64,000 nt of DNA from an uncultured Candidatus Saccharibacteria bacterium (GCA_964561875.1 CAZLQL010000002.1:23613-87612); one strand, 5' to 3'; counted from the first letter of the stretch, positions 36,389 to 46,043 are shown. Made by a program: numbers and translations. The notes: generated by a model from the sequence alone, not told the origin.

Positions 36389-36787
36389 TGGAGATGCTGG
36401 GAGTTGAACCCAGGTGCAGATGAAATCTTATACTGATTCTACATTGTATAGAATGCTTTTGCGTCTATCTATCGACAGACTATTTAACCTTTATACTTTA
36501 AAGCAAACAAAATATATAAAAGCGATTCCCAAGAGATTTGAACTATAAACAGGGAAGAGAATATAGTTCTAGTTTAATTTATATCAATCCACCACTTCTC
36601 TAAACAAAGGAGTGACGACCGTCGCTCGAGCCTAAGCTAAAGCGAAAGCAAGATTTGTACTTCCAAAAGGAGATACAACTGCCTTTGCAACTGATTTTGC
36701 AGTTACGATTTCCGTCAGATTAAAGAGTTAACGGTGCTCTACAATGCACAATATGAAGTACCTCAACTGTCGAGGCCTTTCATCCCC
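36389..36787 (-). ncRNA. ssrA: tmRNA, one-piece; tag (A)AKSVAKAVVSPFGSTNLAFALA*
   Basis: Acceptor stem GGGGATG/CATCTCC-A with G3:U70, T-arm CTGGG-TTCAACT-CCCAG, resume context TAACT-GCA, tag ORF 36700-36632; adjacent to smpB. Confidence 0.95.
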
Positions 36788-36830
36788 ATATTAAAATTTT
36801 CAAACAACTAAAATGAAAAATAAAGTCTAA

Positions 36831-37277
36831 TTATAAAGAAAGTTCTCTTCGCATATCGCGATCTGAGTCTCTCTTTTTAATATCTTCTCTTTTATCAAAT
36901 TTCTTTTTTCCTTTGACAATAGCGATTTCTACCTTTATTTTTCCTGATTTATTATATATCAAAATAGGCACTATTGTCAATCCCTTCTTTTGTTCTACTC
37001 CTGCGAGTTGTGAAATCTGAGCCTTATTTAACAAGAGTTTTCTATGTCTTTTTGGATCATATTCGCCTGAGGTATTCTTTTCTTGAAAAGGAGGGATTTC
37101 ACTATTCATAAGAAAGGCTTCACCACCTCTAATAGTCACATATGAACCTAGTATTGAACCTTGTCTCTTTCGCAAGCTCTTTACTTCTGTACCTAGGAGT
37201 TCTATTCCAGCTTCAAAACCCTCGACTATGTCGTAGTTCATTTTTGCCTTTTTGTTTTCTATAAGCGTTTCATTCAT
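36831..37277 (-). CDS. smpB: SsrA-binding protein
   Basis: ENKKA, EAGIELLGTEVKSLR, RKLLL, GKKKFDKRE. Confidence 0.98.
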   Translation of the reverse strand: MNETLIENKKAKMNYDIVEGFEAGIELLGTEVKSLRKRQGSILGSYVTIRGGEAFLMNSEIPPFQEKNTSGEYDPKRHRKLLLNKAQISQLAGVEQKKGLTIVPILIYNKSGKIKVEIAIVKGKKKFDKREDIKKRDSDRDMRRELSL

Positions 37278-37321
37278 ATTGAAAGTATAGCGTATTTTTC
37301 ACTTTTGGGTATAATCACTCT

Positions 37322-39259
37322 ATGAAAGAAACATCACATATAAAACCACCACAAAATAACAATAATAAAGGTAATAATAAAAAAGGTAAAACACCTAGAA
37401 GATTCGGAATATTAAACTCGTTAATGTTCGGTCTTATAATTTTGTTTTTATTGAGTGGATTGTATTCTGCAATAGTAGAGGGTGTATCTAGTACTCCAGT
37501 TATACCTATATCAGAATTGGTAAACAATATAGGTATGGGTAAGGTTAGTTCTATAACAGTAAGTGGTGATGATCTTACTGTTAACTATTCAGACAACACC
37601 ATAAAGAAATCAAAAAAAGAAACTGATTCTTCTATAACAGAAACACTTACTAGATATGGACTTACTCCAGAAAAATTGAATGCTGTAAAAATCACAGTAG
37701 AAGGACCAAGTGGATTTTGGTTTTGGGTAGGACAATTGGCACCATTTATTGGGCCAATATTCCTTCTATTGCTTATAGTTTGGTTTATGACCAGACAGGT
37801 AAAGGGTGCGGGATTACAAGCTTTTTCTTTCGGTCAATCAAAAGCACGTATTACTTTGCCAGATGATAAAAAACAAAAAGTTACTTTTAAAGACGTGGCG
37901 GGTGCAAAAGAGGCTAAACAAGAATTGTCAGAAATTGTAGATTTTTTGCGTAATCCAAAGAAGTTTCTAGAAATTGGTGCAGTAATTCCAAAAGGGATAT
38001 TGCTCATGGGAGCTCCCGGAACTGGAAAAACATTGCTTGCTCGTGCCGTAGCAGGGGAAGCTGGTGTAGCATTTTTCTCAATATCAGGTTCAGAATTTGT
38101 AGAGATGTTTGTGGGAGTAGGTGCTTCGAGAGTTAGGGATTTATTTAAAATGGCAAAAGAAGCTTCACCATCTATAATCTTTGTCGATGAAATAGATGCT
38201 GTGGGAAGAGTAAGAGGTACTGGTGTTGGAGGAGGAAATGATGAAAGAGAACAAACATTAAACCAAATCCTTGTTGAGATGGATGGTTTCGAACCAAATG
38301 AAAAGGTTATTGTTATGGCTGCCACAAATAGACCAGATGTTCTAGACCCCGCTCTACTTCGTCCAGGAAGATTTGACCGTAGAGTAACTATAGATCTACC
38401 AGATAGAAATGATAGAGAAGAAATATTGAAGATTCATTCCATAAAAAAGCCTTTGGCAGAAGATGTTGCACTGAGAGTTATTGCAGAGAGAACACCGGGT
38501 TTTTCTGGAGCTGATCTATACTCACTTATGAATGAAGGGGCAATACTTGCAGCTCGTGAAAATCGTACAAAAGTCTCACAGTATGATCTTATAAGAGCAA
38601 TAGAAAAAGTGATGCTCGGTCCTGAAAGAAAGAGTCACCTTCTTTCAAAAAAAGAAAAAGAAATAACTGCATACCATGAAGCTGGTCACGCATTAGTTGC
38701 TTCTGTTCTTCCATATGCAGATCCAGTACATAAAATATCTATAATCTCTCGTGGAAGAGCGGCTGGTTATACTCTCCATTTACCTATTGAAGATAGAAAG
38801 ATGCAATCAAAAAATGAGTTTTTAGATGATATCGCTGTTTCATTGGGTGGATATGCTGTAGAGAAAATGATGTTCGGTGATGTTACTACAGGTCCATCAA
38901 ATGATCTTCAAGTTTCAACTGCACTCGCACGAGACATGGTTACAAAATATGGTATGTCAGATAAAATAGGTGCTCTTGCTCTAGAAGGATCAGGCGGAAG
39001 GGCAATGTTTGGAAAGGGTATAGAAGATAAAGAATATTCAGAAAAAGTAAGTGCAGATATAGATGCTGAAGTATCAAAAATCATGTCAGAAGGTATGGCT
39101 AAAGCAAATGAGACTATAGTAAAATATAAAAATGCACTTGATGCTATAGCAAAAAGATTGATTGATGTGGAAACTATAGAAAGAGAGGAATATGAATCAA
39201 TAATTATTTCACATGGTATAACACCAAAACGAAAACTGGATATTGAACATCAATCATGA
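37322..39259 (+). CDS. ftsH: ATP-dependent zinc metalloprotease FtsH
   Basis: Two TM helices, GAPGTGKT, DEIDAVGR, ALLRPGRFDR, HEAGH. Confidence 0.99.
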   Translation: MKETSHIKPPQNNNNKGNNKKGKTPRRFGILNSLMFGLIILFLLSGLYSAIVEGVSSTPVIPISELVNNIGMGKVSSITVSGDDLTVNYSDNTIKKSKKETDSSITETLTRYGLTPEKLNAVKITVEGPSGFWFWVGQLAPFIGPIFLLLLIVWFMTRQVKGAGLQAFSFGQSKARITLPDDKKQKVTFKDVAGAKEAKQELSEIVDFLRNPKKFLEIGAVIPKGILLMGAPGTGKTLLARAVAGEAGVAFFSISGSEFVEMFVGVGASRVRDLFKMAKEASPSIIFVDEIDAVGRVRGTGVGGGNDEREQTLNQILVEMDGFEPNEKVIVMAATNRPDVLDPALLRPGRFDRRVTIDLPDRNDREEILKIHSIKKPLAEDVALRVIAERTPGFSGADLYSLMNEGAILAARENRTKVSQYDLIRAIEKVMLGPERKSHLLSKKEKEITAYHEAGHALVASVLPYADPVHKISIISRGRAAGYTLHLPIEDRKMQSKNEFLDDIAVSLGGYAVEKMMFGDVTTGPSNDLQVSTALARDMVTKYGMSDKIGALALEGSGGRAMFGKGIEDKEYSEKVSADIDAEVSKIMSEGMAKANETIVKYKNALDAIAKRLIDVETIEREEYESIIISHGITPKRKLDIEHQS

Positions 39260-39294
39260 TATAAAATAGGGGTATAAATAAAATATACCCATAT

Positions 39295-39368
39295 GCGCGT
39301 GTAGCTCAGTTGGTTAGAGCATCGAGCTTATACCTCGAGGGTCCCTGGTTCGAGTCCAGGCACGCGCA
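39295..39368 (+). tRNA. tRNA-Ile(UAU)
   Basis: GCGCGTG/CACGCGC acceptor stem; anticodon stem TCGAG/CTCGA with loop CT-TAT-AC; GGTTCGAGTCC T-arm. Confidence 0.93.
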
Positions 39369-39390
39369 CCGAGCGTAGTATATAAAAAAG

Positions 39391-39422
39391 AAAAACCGCG
39401 TCCAAAAGGGCGTGGTTTTTTC
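39391..39422. terminator. Bidirectional terminator
   Basis: AAAAACCGCGTCC-AAAA-GGGCGTGGTTTTT. Confidence 0.6.
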
Positions 39423-39450
39423 GAGGAAAATTCACAGAAAATTTACATCT

Positions 39451-40368
39451 TTACATCATCCAAGCAAATTTTGCGCTCAGTTTTTCGGAAAGCATTTTTA
39501 CGTATACTTCAGAAAAACAAGAACCAATGAAATTTGTCATTAGACCAATGGTCATACCTGACATCATACTAGCTACCACATACCCAGTTCTAATACCGAT
39601 AACTGTACCTACACTTGCACCAACAAGACTCGCTAATCTCCCGTTGTTGTGTGCAAGTAAACAGGTTTTTGCAATAACGAACCAGATGAGCTGAATGATG
39701 ATAGGGATTTGGTGTAATAGTTTCCAGGTGAACTTTGAAACAATAATTATAGCCATCACTACTTTCCATATAGCCGTGAAGGGTAGTGATATGGGATTTG
39801 TAATGAGTAGTATTCTAATTTGATTCTTGAAATCAAAAGGTCCCCAACCATTTACTATTCTATAGTTTAGGGCAAGTGCGCGCCTGTTTTCTTTGCATTT
39901 GATTACTGAATATAAATCATTAAAAGAAAATAAGATTCCAATTGCTATAACTGCCAAATAAAGAAGCAAGCTATACATTAAGAAAGCACCTCCGACTATA
40001 TTTACACGACTTTCCGGTAATTTACTACGTGTAAACATTATAATTATTAAGCAGTGCAAAGCTATTGAACCAATAGCTTGGCAACATATAAATGGTGCTA
40101 GCGAACGTTTTAGGGCTCTCGGTAAGATATCTTTCCAAGGTTCTTCCCAAAGCTCTCGAATATGAGAATGTGTGTTATTAAAGGTCTCTTTGAGTACACT
40201 GAAAAATGTACTAATGAGAGTTATGGGACTGAATACAATCCAGCCACAGGCCCCACCGATAAGGGTTGCGAGAATAAGCCACACTCCCGACATGAATGTC
40301 GTACCCAGACCATATCCAATAGTCGCGCCACAAGCGCTTGCGATCGCTATCCTTTGATTTGTTTTCAT
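39451..40368 (-). CDS. Hypothetical polytopic membrane protein
   Basis: 305-aa ORF with several TM helices and Gly-zipper-like ends. Confidence 0.7.
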   Translation of the reverse strand: MKTNQRIAIASACGATIGYGLGTTFMSGVWLILATLIGGACGWIVFSPITLISTFFSVLKETFNNTHSHIRELWEEPWKDILPRALKRSLAPFICCQAIGSIALHCLIIIMFTRSKLPESRVNIVGGAFLMYSLLLYLAVIAIGILFSFNDLYSVIKCKENRRALALNYRIVNGWGPFDFKNQIRILLITNPISLPFTAIWKVVMAIIIVSKFTWKLLHQIPIIIQLIWFVIAKTCLLAHNNGRLASLVGASVGTVIGIRTGYVVASMMSGMTIGLMTNFIGSCFSEVYVKMLSEKLSAKFAWMM

Positions 40369-40453
40369 GTGACATCCTTACTGTTTTTATTATAAACTCA
40401 AAAAACTTCCTAAGTATTTATATAACTAATAAGTAGGTTTGTCAAACTAGATT

Positions 40454-41284
40454 TTACTTAACAATTATTATTGCTATTATTCCAAGGATTATAAATGATA
40501 ATAGTGCACTATATTTTCCTATATTTTGTTTTATATTTGTCTTTATATAACCAAACTTTCCTTGCTCTGTACTATTGTTTTTATCTGAAATGATATTTGA
40601 CCCTCCACTAGTGTTGTCTGATTTATTATCTATTTTATTTCCATCATTTAAATTTTTGTCTGTAACACTGTTTTTTGTATAGAAGTTTTTATTCTGTATA
40701 GACTCATCAACCTGAGCTTTATTGTCTGTGTTTTTGAAATAATTAACTATTCCATTTGTATAGTCACTTATAAAACCACTTCCACCACTAGTATTGCTTC
40801 CACCAGAGGAACTTCCTGATGAGCCTGATCCAGATGAGCTTGGTCTCCATGTAGTATTTACATTACAGTTTGTACAATCAAAACTAATTCTTCCTCCTGT
40901 AGTATCGACTGTACCAGCTGTTCCAGTAAAAGTACCAGATGAGTTTATACTAGCTCCCGTCATATCTATCCATCCTGTTTGTTCTGACCATGCACTTCCA
41001 CCTAGTGTTCCTGAAGTTGTATTTGTTACACCTTGACCAGAGTTTGTGGGGCTAAAGTTTATCCAGCCATAAAGTGAGCTCCATGCATAACCAGTAATTG
41101 CTGAGTCAGTAATAGTCAATCCAATATAGTTATTTGAACTATCTCTAGGTGCAAAATTTATCCAACCTAGATTTTCTCCCCAAGCGTATTTGTTTGTAGA
41201 ATCTATAGTGCCAGTAGATGCAAGGGCAGTGTTAAAAAAAGATATGGTTAAAATTATAAATAGTATTTTAAAGATTTTATTCAT
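40454..41284 (-). CDS. Secreted, C-terminally anchored protein with repeated AWxxxxGWI motifs
   Basis: Signal peptide; YAWGENLGWINF, YAWSSLYGWINF, SAWSEQTGWIDM; Ser/Gly linker; C-terminal TM helix. Confidence 0.8.
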   Translation of the reverse strand: MNKIFKILFIILTISFFNTALASTGTIDSTNKYAWGENLGWINFAPRDSSNNYIGLTITDSAITGYAWSSLYGWINFSPTNSGQGVTNTTSGTLGGSAWSEQTGWIDMTGASINSSGTFTGTAGTVDTTGGRISFDCTNCNVNTTWRPSSSGSGSSGSSSGGSNTSGGSGFISDYTNGIVNYFKNTDNKAQVDESIQNKNFYTKNSVTDKNLNDGNKIDNKSDNTSGGSNIISDKNNSTEQGKFGYIKTNIKQNIGKYSALLSFIILGIIAIIIVK

Positions 41285-41356
41285 AGAATAATTTTATCAT
41301 TATATTTTGTATGACGATAGTGTATTGATTGTGTGGATAGTATAGACACAGTTCTT

Positions 41357-43579
41357 CTATTCTAAATGAGTTTCTCTATGTGATTTTTCTACCAATTCCT
41401 TTAATTTAGGATATTTTTTGAATATATTTTCATCTTCAAATAGTTTTTTTGCTTCCTCTTTTGCTAGTTCAACCATCTTTATATTTTTTAGTGATTCCAT
41501 AGCTATATCTGAAACACCCCATTGTTTATTACCTGATAGCTCACCGGCACCACGAAATTTGAGATCGTATTCTGCAAGTTCAAAGCCATTTTTTGCATTT
41601 TTTAAAGCACTTAATCTTTCAAATGTCTTCTCACTTTCTTTTTCTGTAAAAATAAAACAGTATGGTTTGTGGGTTGAACGCATAACTCTACCTCTAAGCT
41701 GATGTAATTGTGCTAGACCAAATCTCTCTGCTCCCTCGATTATTATCATTGTGGCATTTGGTACATTTACACCAACTTCCACAACAGATGTAGAACATAG
41801 TATATCTATCTTTCCATCTTTAAAATCTTTCATAACTTTATCCTTTTCCTCAGTTTTCATTTTACTATGCATAATTCCTATACTAAATTCTGGAAATATA
41901 TCTTTTTTCAATCTCTTTGCTTCTTCTTTTACAGATTTTAATTGAAGAACTTTTTCTTTATCTGGGTCAGGTTCATCTATTCTAGGGCATATTACATATG
42001 CCTGTCTTCCGTTCTTTATTTCCTCACGAATCTTTTCGTACACATCTTTTCTATCATTTGTTTTTACTATTTCTGTAGTTATTGCTTGGCGACCCTTTGG
42101 AACTTCATCAAGAAGTGTAAGATCCAAATCTCCGTATATAGTAAGGGCAAGAGTTCGGGGAATAGGTGTTGCTGTCATTGATAATAAATGTGGTGCACGA
42201 GTTATACCTGCTTCATCTCTTTTTATGAGTGCTCTTCTTGTATTTATGCCGAAACGATGTTGTTCATCTATTATTGCATATGCGAGATTTTTAAATTTTA
42301 CTGTCTTTTGGATAAGTGCATGAGTTCCTATTACTACGGATATTTCACCCTCTTTTATCCACTTTAACAGTTGTGACCTAGATATATCAGTCCAACCTTT
42401 TGGGTTTACTTTTGAAGGGAATTTTCTACAACCACTTCCAGTTATGAGGGCAATTTGAATTCCTAAATATGAGAAATATTGAATAAATGATTCGAAATGC
42501 TGAGTTGCAAGTATTTCTGTAGGACACATATATGCTACCTGAAGACGTCCTGGCCCAAGAAGACTCATCTTACTTTTTACATCAGGTTTTCCTAGATCAT
42601 CTTTTTCCAAACTTGCCTTTGTTGTAACTACGGCATATGTAGTAGTTGCAGCTACCGCAGTCTTTCCTGAACCTACATCACCTTCGAGTAAACGAGACAT
42701 TGCATATCCTTTTCCAAAATCATTTATTATGGCATTTGTGGCTTTTGTTTGTGCGTCAGTTGGTTTAAATGGAAATCTTTTTATGAATTGATCTATGTGG
42801 TCATAACCTGGCTTTATGATAAAGGTTGGATTTTTCCTGTACTCTTTTCTAGAGTATTCATTTTGAAGTTGTATAAAAAATATTTCTTCGAAAGCAAATC
42901 TTTTTCTTGCTGATTCTGCATCAGCTTTTTTCATAGGAGTATGAATCCAGATAAGAGCAGTTTTTATACTTGGTAAATTATATTTTTTTAATATATCTTC
43001 TGGAATAGGGTCTTCGATATTTGAAAGTAAGTCACTTTTAAATATTTCATTTATCTTATGATAAATCCAGTTTGAGGTTATACCATTTGATTCTTTATAA
43101 ATAGGGTATAGGGTATGTGCTTCACCATCTTTACCAAATAGAGAATCACCAACAGCAATAGGTAGTTTGTTCATAACCTCAATTTTCGGATTTGAAAAAT
43201 ATATCTCATTATCCTTTTTTCTTTTTGAAACTTTACCTTGTATTCTAACCATACTTCCATCATTTACCATTTTTGCCATATATGGTTGATTGAACCACAC
43301 ACACTTTATACCCCCAGTTTCATCTTCGACATAACCATTTGCCATGGCTATCTTTGTTTTAAATCCTTTACCAGTTTTTAGACCAGATATTTTTCCAAAT
43401 ATAACAGCATCTTCACCAGCAATTAGATTACCAATACTTTTTGTTTCTGAAGTATCACCATATCTAGTAGGGAAATGATAAAGTAGATCAAGTACAGTAT
43501 TTATACCAAGTTTCGATAGAGCCTTCTTTTGAAAAGGGTTTAGTCTAGATATTTCTGATATTTTTGTAGATATAGTCAT
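41357..43579 (-). CDS. recG: ATP-dependent DNA helicase RecG
   Basis: RLLEGDVGSGKT, DEQHRFG, MTATPIPRTL, AERFGLAQLHQLRGRV. Confidence 0.98.
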   Translation of the reverse strand: MTISTKISEISRLNPFQKKALSKLGINTVLDLLYHFPTRYGDTSETKSIGNLIAGEDAVIFGKISGLKTGKGFKTKIAMANGYVEDETGGIKCVWFNQPYMAKMVNDGSMVRIQGKVSKRKKDNEIYFSNPKIEVMNKLPIAVGDSLFGKDGEAHTLYPIYKESNGITSNWIYHKINEIFKSDLLSNIEDPIPEDILKKYNLPSIKTALIWIHTPMKKADAESARKRFAFEEIFFIQLQNEYSRKEYRKNPTFIIKPGYDHIDQFIKRFPFKPTDAQTKATNAIINDFGKGYAMSRLLEGDVGSGKTAVAATTTYAVVTTKASLEKDDLGKPDVKSKMSLLGPGRLQVAYMCPTEILATQHFESFIQYFSYLGIQIALITGSGCRKFPSKVNPKGWTDISRSQLLKWIKEGEISVVIGTHALIQKTVKFKNLAYAIIDEQHRFGINTRRALIKRDEAGITRAPHLLSMTATPIPRTLALTIYGDLDLTLLDEVPKGRQAITTEIVKTNDRKDVYEKIREEIKNGRQAYVICPRIDEPDPDKEKVLQLKSVKEEAKRLKKDIFPEFSIGIMHSKMKTEEKDKVMKDFKDGKIDILCSTSVVEVGVNVPNATMIIIEGAERFGLAQLHQLRGRVMRSTHKPYCFIFTEKESEKTFERLSALKNAKNGFELAEYDLKFRGAGELSGNKQWGVSDIAMESLKNIKMVELAKEEAKKLFEDENIFKKYPKLKELVEKSHRETHLE

Positions 43580-43641
43580 TTATGACAATATATCAGAGTC
43601 ATATAGAAAAATGAATGAGGGTGTGGTAATGTTTATGTGTT

Positions 43642-43729
43642 GGAACCGTGGTGGAGTGGTTTAACATACCTCTTTGCTAAAGAGGCGAGCCCTTTAAAGG
43701 CTCCGAGGGTTCGAATCCCTCCGGTTCCG
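43642..43729 (+). tRNA. tRNA-Ser(GCU)
   Basis: GGAACCG/CGGTTCC-G acceptor; CCTCT-TTGCTAA-AGAGG anticodon arm; long variable arm. Confidence 0.93.
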
Positions 43730-43730
43730 C

Positions 43731-43962
43731 AATGATCCACAAGGAAGCCTAAATGGCTTCCGAGTGGATTATCATTTCGTAAATCGAAGTGATGAGAAAG
43801 CCGGACTGAGCGAAGGCGAAGGAGGCGGGTGAGCTTGGGTGAGGGACCCAAGCGCAAGACCTTTTGAGATTGTAATCAATCCAAAAGGTATACTGGCCCT
43901 GTAAGGGTCGCGGGCGAGGCTAGCAAGCCGAGACCTGTGACCGAATCCCTCCGGTTCCGCCA
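43731..43962 (+). repeat. Structured element appended to tRNA-Ser, ending in a 19-nt duplicate of the tRNA 3' end plus CCA (copy 1)
   Basis: 43712-43730 equals 43942-43960; 75-nt and 46-nt blocks are identical to the copy at 45783-45941. Confidence 0.85.
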
Positions 43963-43997
43963 TTAGCAGGTAGCACGACATGCTATCTGAAATAGGT

Positions 43998-44029
43998 AAA
44001 CAAAAAGCACCGATCGGTGCTTTTTGTTT
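43998..44029. terminator. Perfect palindromic bidirectional terminator
   Basis: AAACAAAAAGCACCGATCGGTGCTTTTTGTTT. Confidence 0.75.
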
Positions 44030-44035
44030 AGTTAA

Positions 44036-44641
44036 TTAAGATATGTCAATACCGATACTTTTAATATATTTAACAAAAGAATCACTATTAGTGTAGATAA
44101 AACCCTGCATACCAAGAGCAATAGCGCTATCCACATTCACTTTACTATCATCAATAAAAAGAGATTCTCCTGGCTGCGAATTTATTTTTTTGAGTGTATG
44201 TTCGTAGATATCTTTGTAAGGTTTTACCATACCCACCTCTGATGAGATAACTATTTCATCAAACAAGTCTTTAAACTCAGGATAAGTTGGGTATATTTTT
44301 CTCTCAAAAAATGAAGCGTTAGCATTGGAAAGGAGGACTGTTTTAAATCCTTTATTTTTTAGTGATTGAATTATTTTTACTAATCCGTTATCAATACCCA
44401 AATAGGAATCAATCTGTTCCCTCATTTCTTCCTTGGTCAAATTAACTCCCTCATACTTCAAGAAATAATCTACAATATCATTCTCTGACAATTTACCTAG
44501 ATCAAACTTTTCAAAAACATTTTTTAAATTTTCATCAACCAATCCTTTTTTGAGTCGATTATCTCTGTACCACCCATTTAAAACAGGGTCACAAATAACC
44601 CCAAAGCAGTCAAATATAATAGTGTTTATTTGAGACTCCAT
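44036..44641 (-). CDS. HAD-family phosphatase
   Basis: IIFDCFGV, LLSN, GMVKP, FIDD. Confidence 0.9.
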   Translation of the reverse strand: MESQINTIIFDCFGVICDPVLNGWYRDNRLKKGLVDENLKNVFEKFDLGKLSENDIVDYFLKYEGVNLTKEEMREQIDSYLGIDNGLVKIIQSLKNKGFKTVLLSNANASFFERKIYPTYPEFKDLFDEIVISSEVGMVKPYKDIYEHTLKKINSQPGESLFIDDSKVNVDSAIALGMQGFIYTNSDSFVKYIKSIGIDIS

Positions 44642-44644
44642 AAA

Positions 44645-45334
44645 CTATTTACTTGGTCGCTTAATTATCAAATCAACTTCGGGACTTTCTGATTTTAGAT
44701 TCGTAATTACTTTTTCTACAACAGTTTCAACTTCCATGTAATCCTTGAGATCATCAGGATATTTTTCCTTATAAATATCTGTTTGCATACCACCAGGGAA
44801 TACTCCGTAAACTTTGATATCCGTATCTTGAATTTCCTTGCGGATAGATTCAGTCAAACCTTTGATCGCAAATTTAGACGAAGCATAAGCAGATATGCCC
44901 GGCTTACCATCAAGTCCAGCTGTTGAGTTTATATTTATAATTACACCATTTCCTTGGGTTTTCATTTGAGCCAAAGCCACCTGACAACCGTAGAAATAAC
45001 CGAAGAAGTTTATATCAAATAAATTATGTAGTTTCTTAATATCTACTTCTTCAACTAAACTTGGAGCAATTTGGATCCCAGCATTATTTATCCAACAATC
45101 TAATTTGTCGTATTTCTTAATGACATAATCTGCCAGCTTTTTAATATCTTCAGGTGAAGTTACGTCAGCGAGAAAATGATCTACAGAGAGTTCTTTTGCT
45201 GTAGATTCTAAGTGTTCAATTTCATGACTAGAAATGACAACTTGTGCGTTTTCAGCTTTAAATGCCTTAGCGAGAGATTTACCAAATCCCTGACTTCCAC
45301 CTGTTATTACGATAACTTTGTCTTGGATCTTCAT
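44645..45334 (-). CDS. Short-chain dehydrogenase/reductase (SDR)
   Basis: ITGGSQGFG, NNAG, YASSK. Confidence 0.93.
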   Translation of the reverse strand: MKIQDKVIVITGGSQGFGKSLAKAFKAENAQVVISSHEIEHLESTAKELSVDHFLADVTSPEDIKKLADYVIKKYDKLDCWINNAGIQIAPSLVEEVDIKKLHNLFDINFFGYFYGCQVALAQMKTQGNGVIININSTAGLDGKPGISAYASSKFAIKGLTESIRKEIQDTDIKVYGVFPGGMQTDIYKEKYPDDLKDYMEVETVVEKVITNLKSESPEVDLIIKRPSK

Positions 45335-45359
45335 AAAACCCATTTTATCATTTTTGACC

Positions 45360-45660
45360 CTATTTCTCCAGAGTAATCTTCTTCTGCGCCAGAAAGATTC
45401 TACTCTTCAAACACCCAAGCAATTCTCGTTTCTTTTCGTTTGAACCCTCTTTCAGTACATACTTTGCATATCCTCGAATATCTACACTCGGTACGGCAAC
45501 TTTTTCCTTGGTTCCCAGAAAGAATTTCTGCATCTTTGAAAACTGCTCAAGATCAGCTTTGATCTTTTCCTTAACCTCGATTTCATTAAGGGTGATGTTT
45601 TCAACTAACTCCTCAAACTGTTTCAATATATCTTTCTCTTCCGTATATAAAGACTTTAAT
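45360..45660 (-). pseudogene. Probable C-terminal remnant of a large serine recombinase
   Basis: No convincing start. DIRGYAKYVLKEG..KRELLGCLKS resembles the C-terminal tails of CPR serine recombinases (recalled, not searched). Lies in a tRNA-associated island. Confidence 0.5.
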
Positions 45661-45782
45661 GACTGGACGATTACACAAATAATGCAGTAATTGGAGCGCA
45701 CGAGATGCGTCGATTAAGATTCTGAAAAAGTGCTAAAATGACCTTACAGGGCTTGTCGGCATTTAGTTCTAACACGACGCTC

Positions 45783-45941
45783 TCCGCAATGATCCACAAG
45801 GAAGCCTAAATGGCTTCCGAGTGGATTATCATTTCGTAAATCGAAGTGATGAGAAAGTCGGAGCGAGCGAAGGCGAGCGAGACGGGGTCGCGGGCGAGGC
45901 TAGCAAGCCGAGACCTGTGACCGAATCCCTAAGGTCTCCGC
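45783..45941 (+). repeat. Structured element, copy 2 (shorter middle, no intact tRNA upstream)
   Basis: 45783-45857 equals 43726-43800; 45885-45930 equals 43905-43950; flanked by TCTCCGCAA on both sides. Confidence 0.85.
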
Positions 45942-46043
45942 AACAACAATCCTAACCGAGCATTGCTTAGCAATCACTAGTATCGAGGATAAAGATCTGA
46001 TAATAAACGAGTGTTAAATTTGTAATTGATATATAATATATGT

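Noticed and set aside
43731-43941. Element read as a tRNA intron
   Set aside because: The upstream tRNA is already complete, the 3' end is duplicated rather than split, and no group I/II core motifs were recognisable.
43633-43981. Two minus-strand ORFs of 74 and 69 aa
   Set aside because: They are antisense to tRNA-Ser and the structured element.
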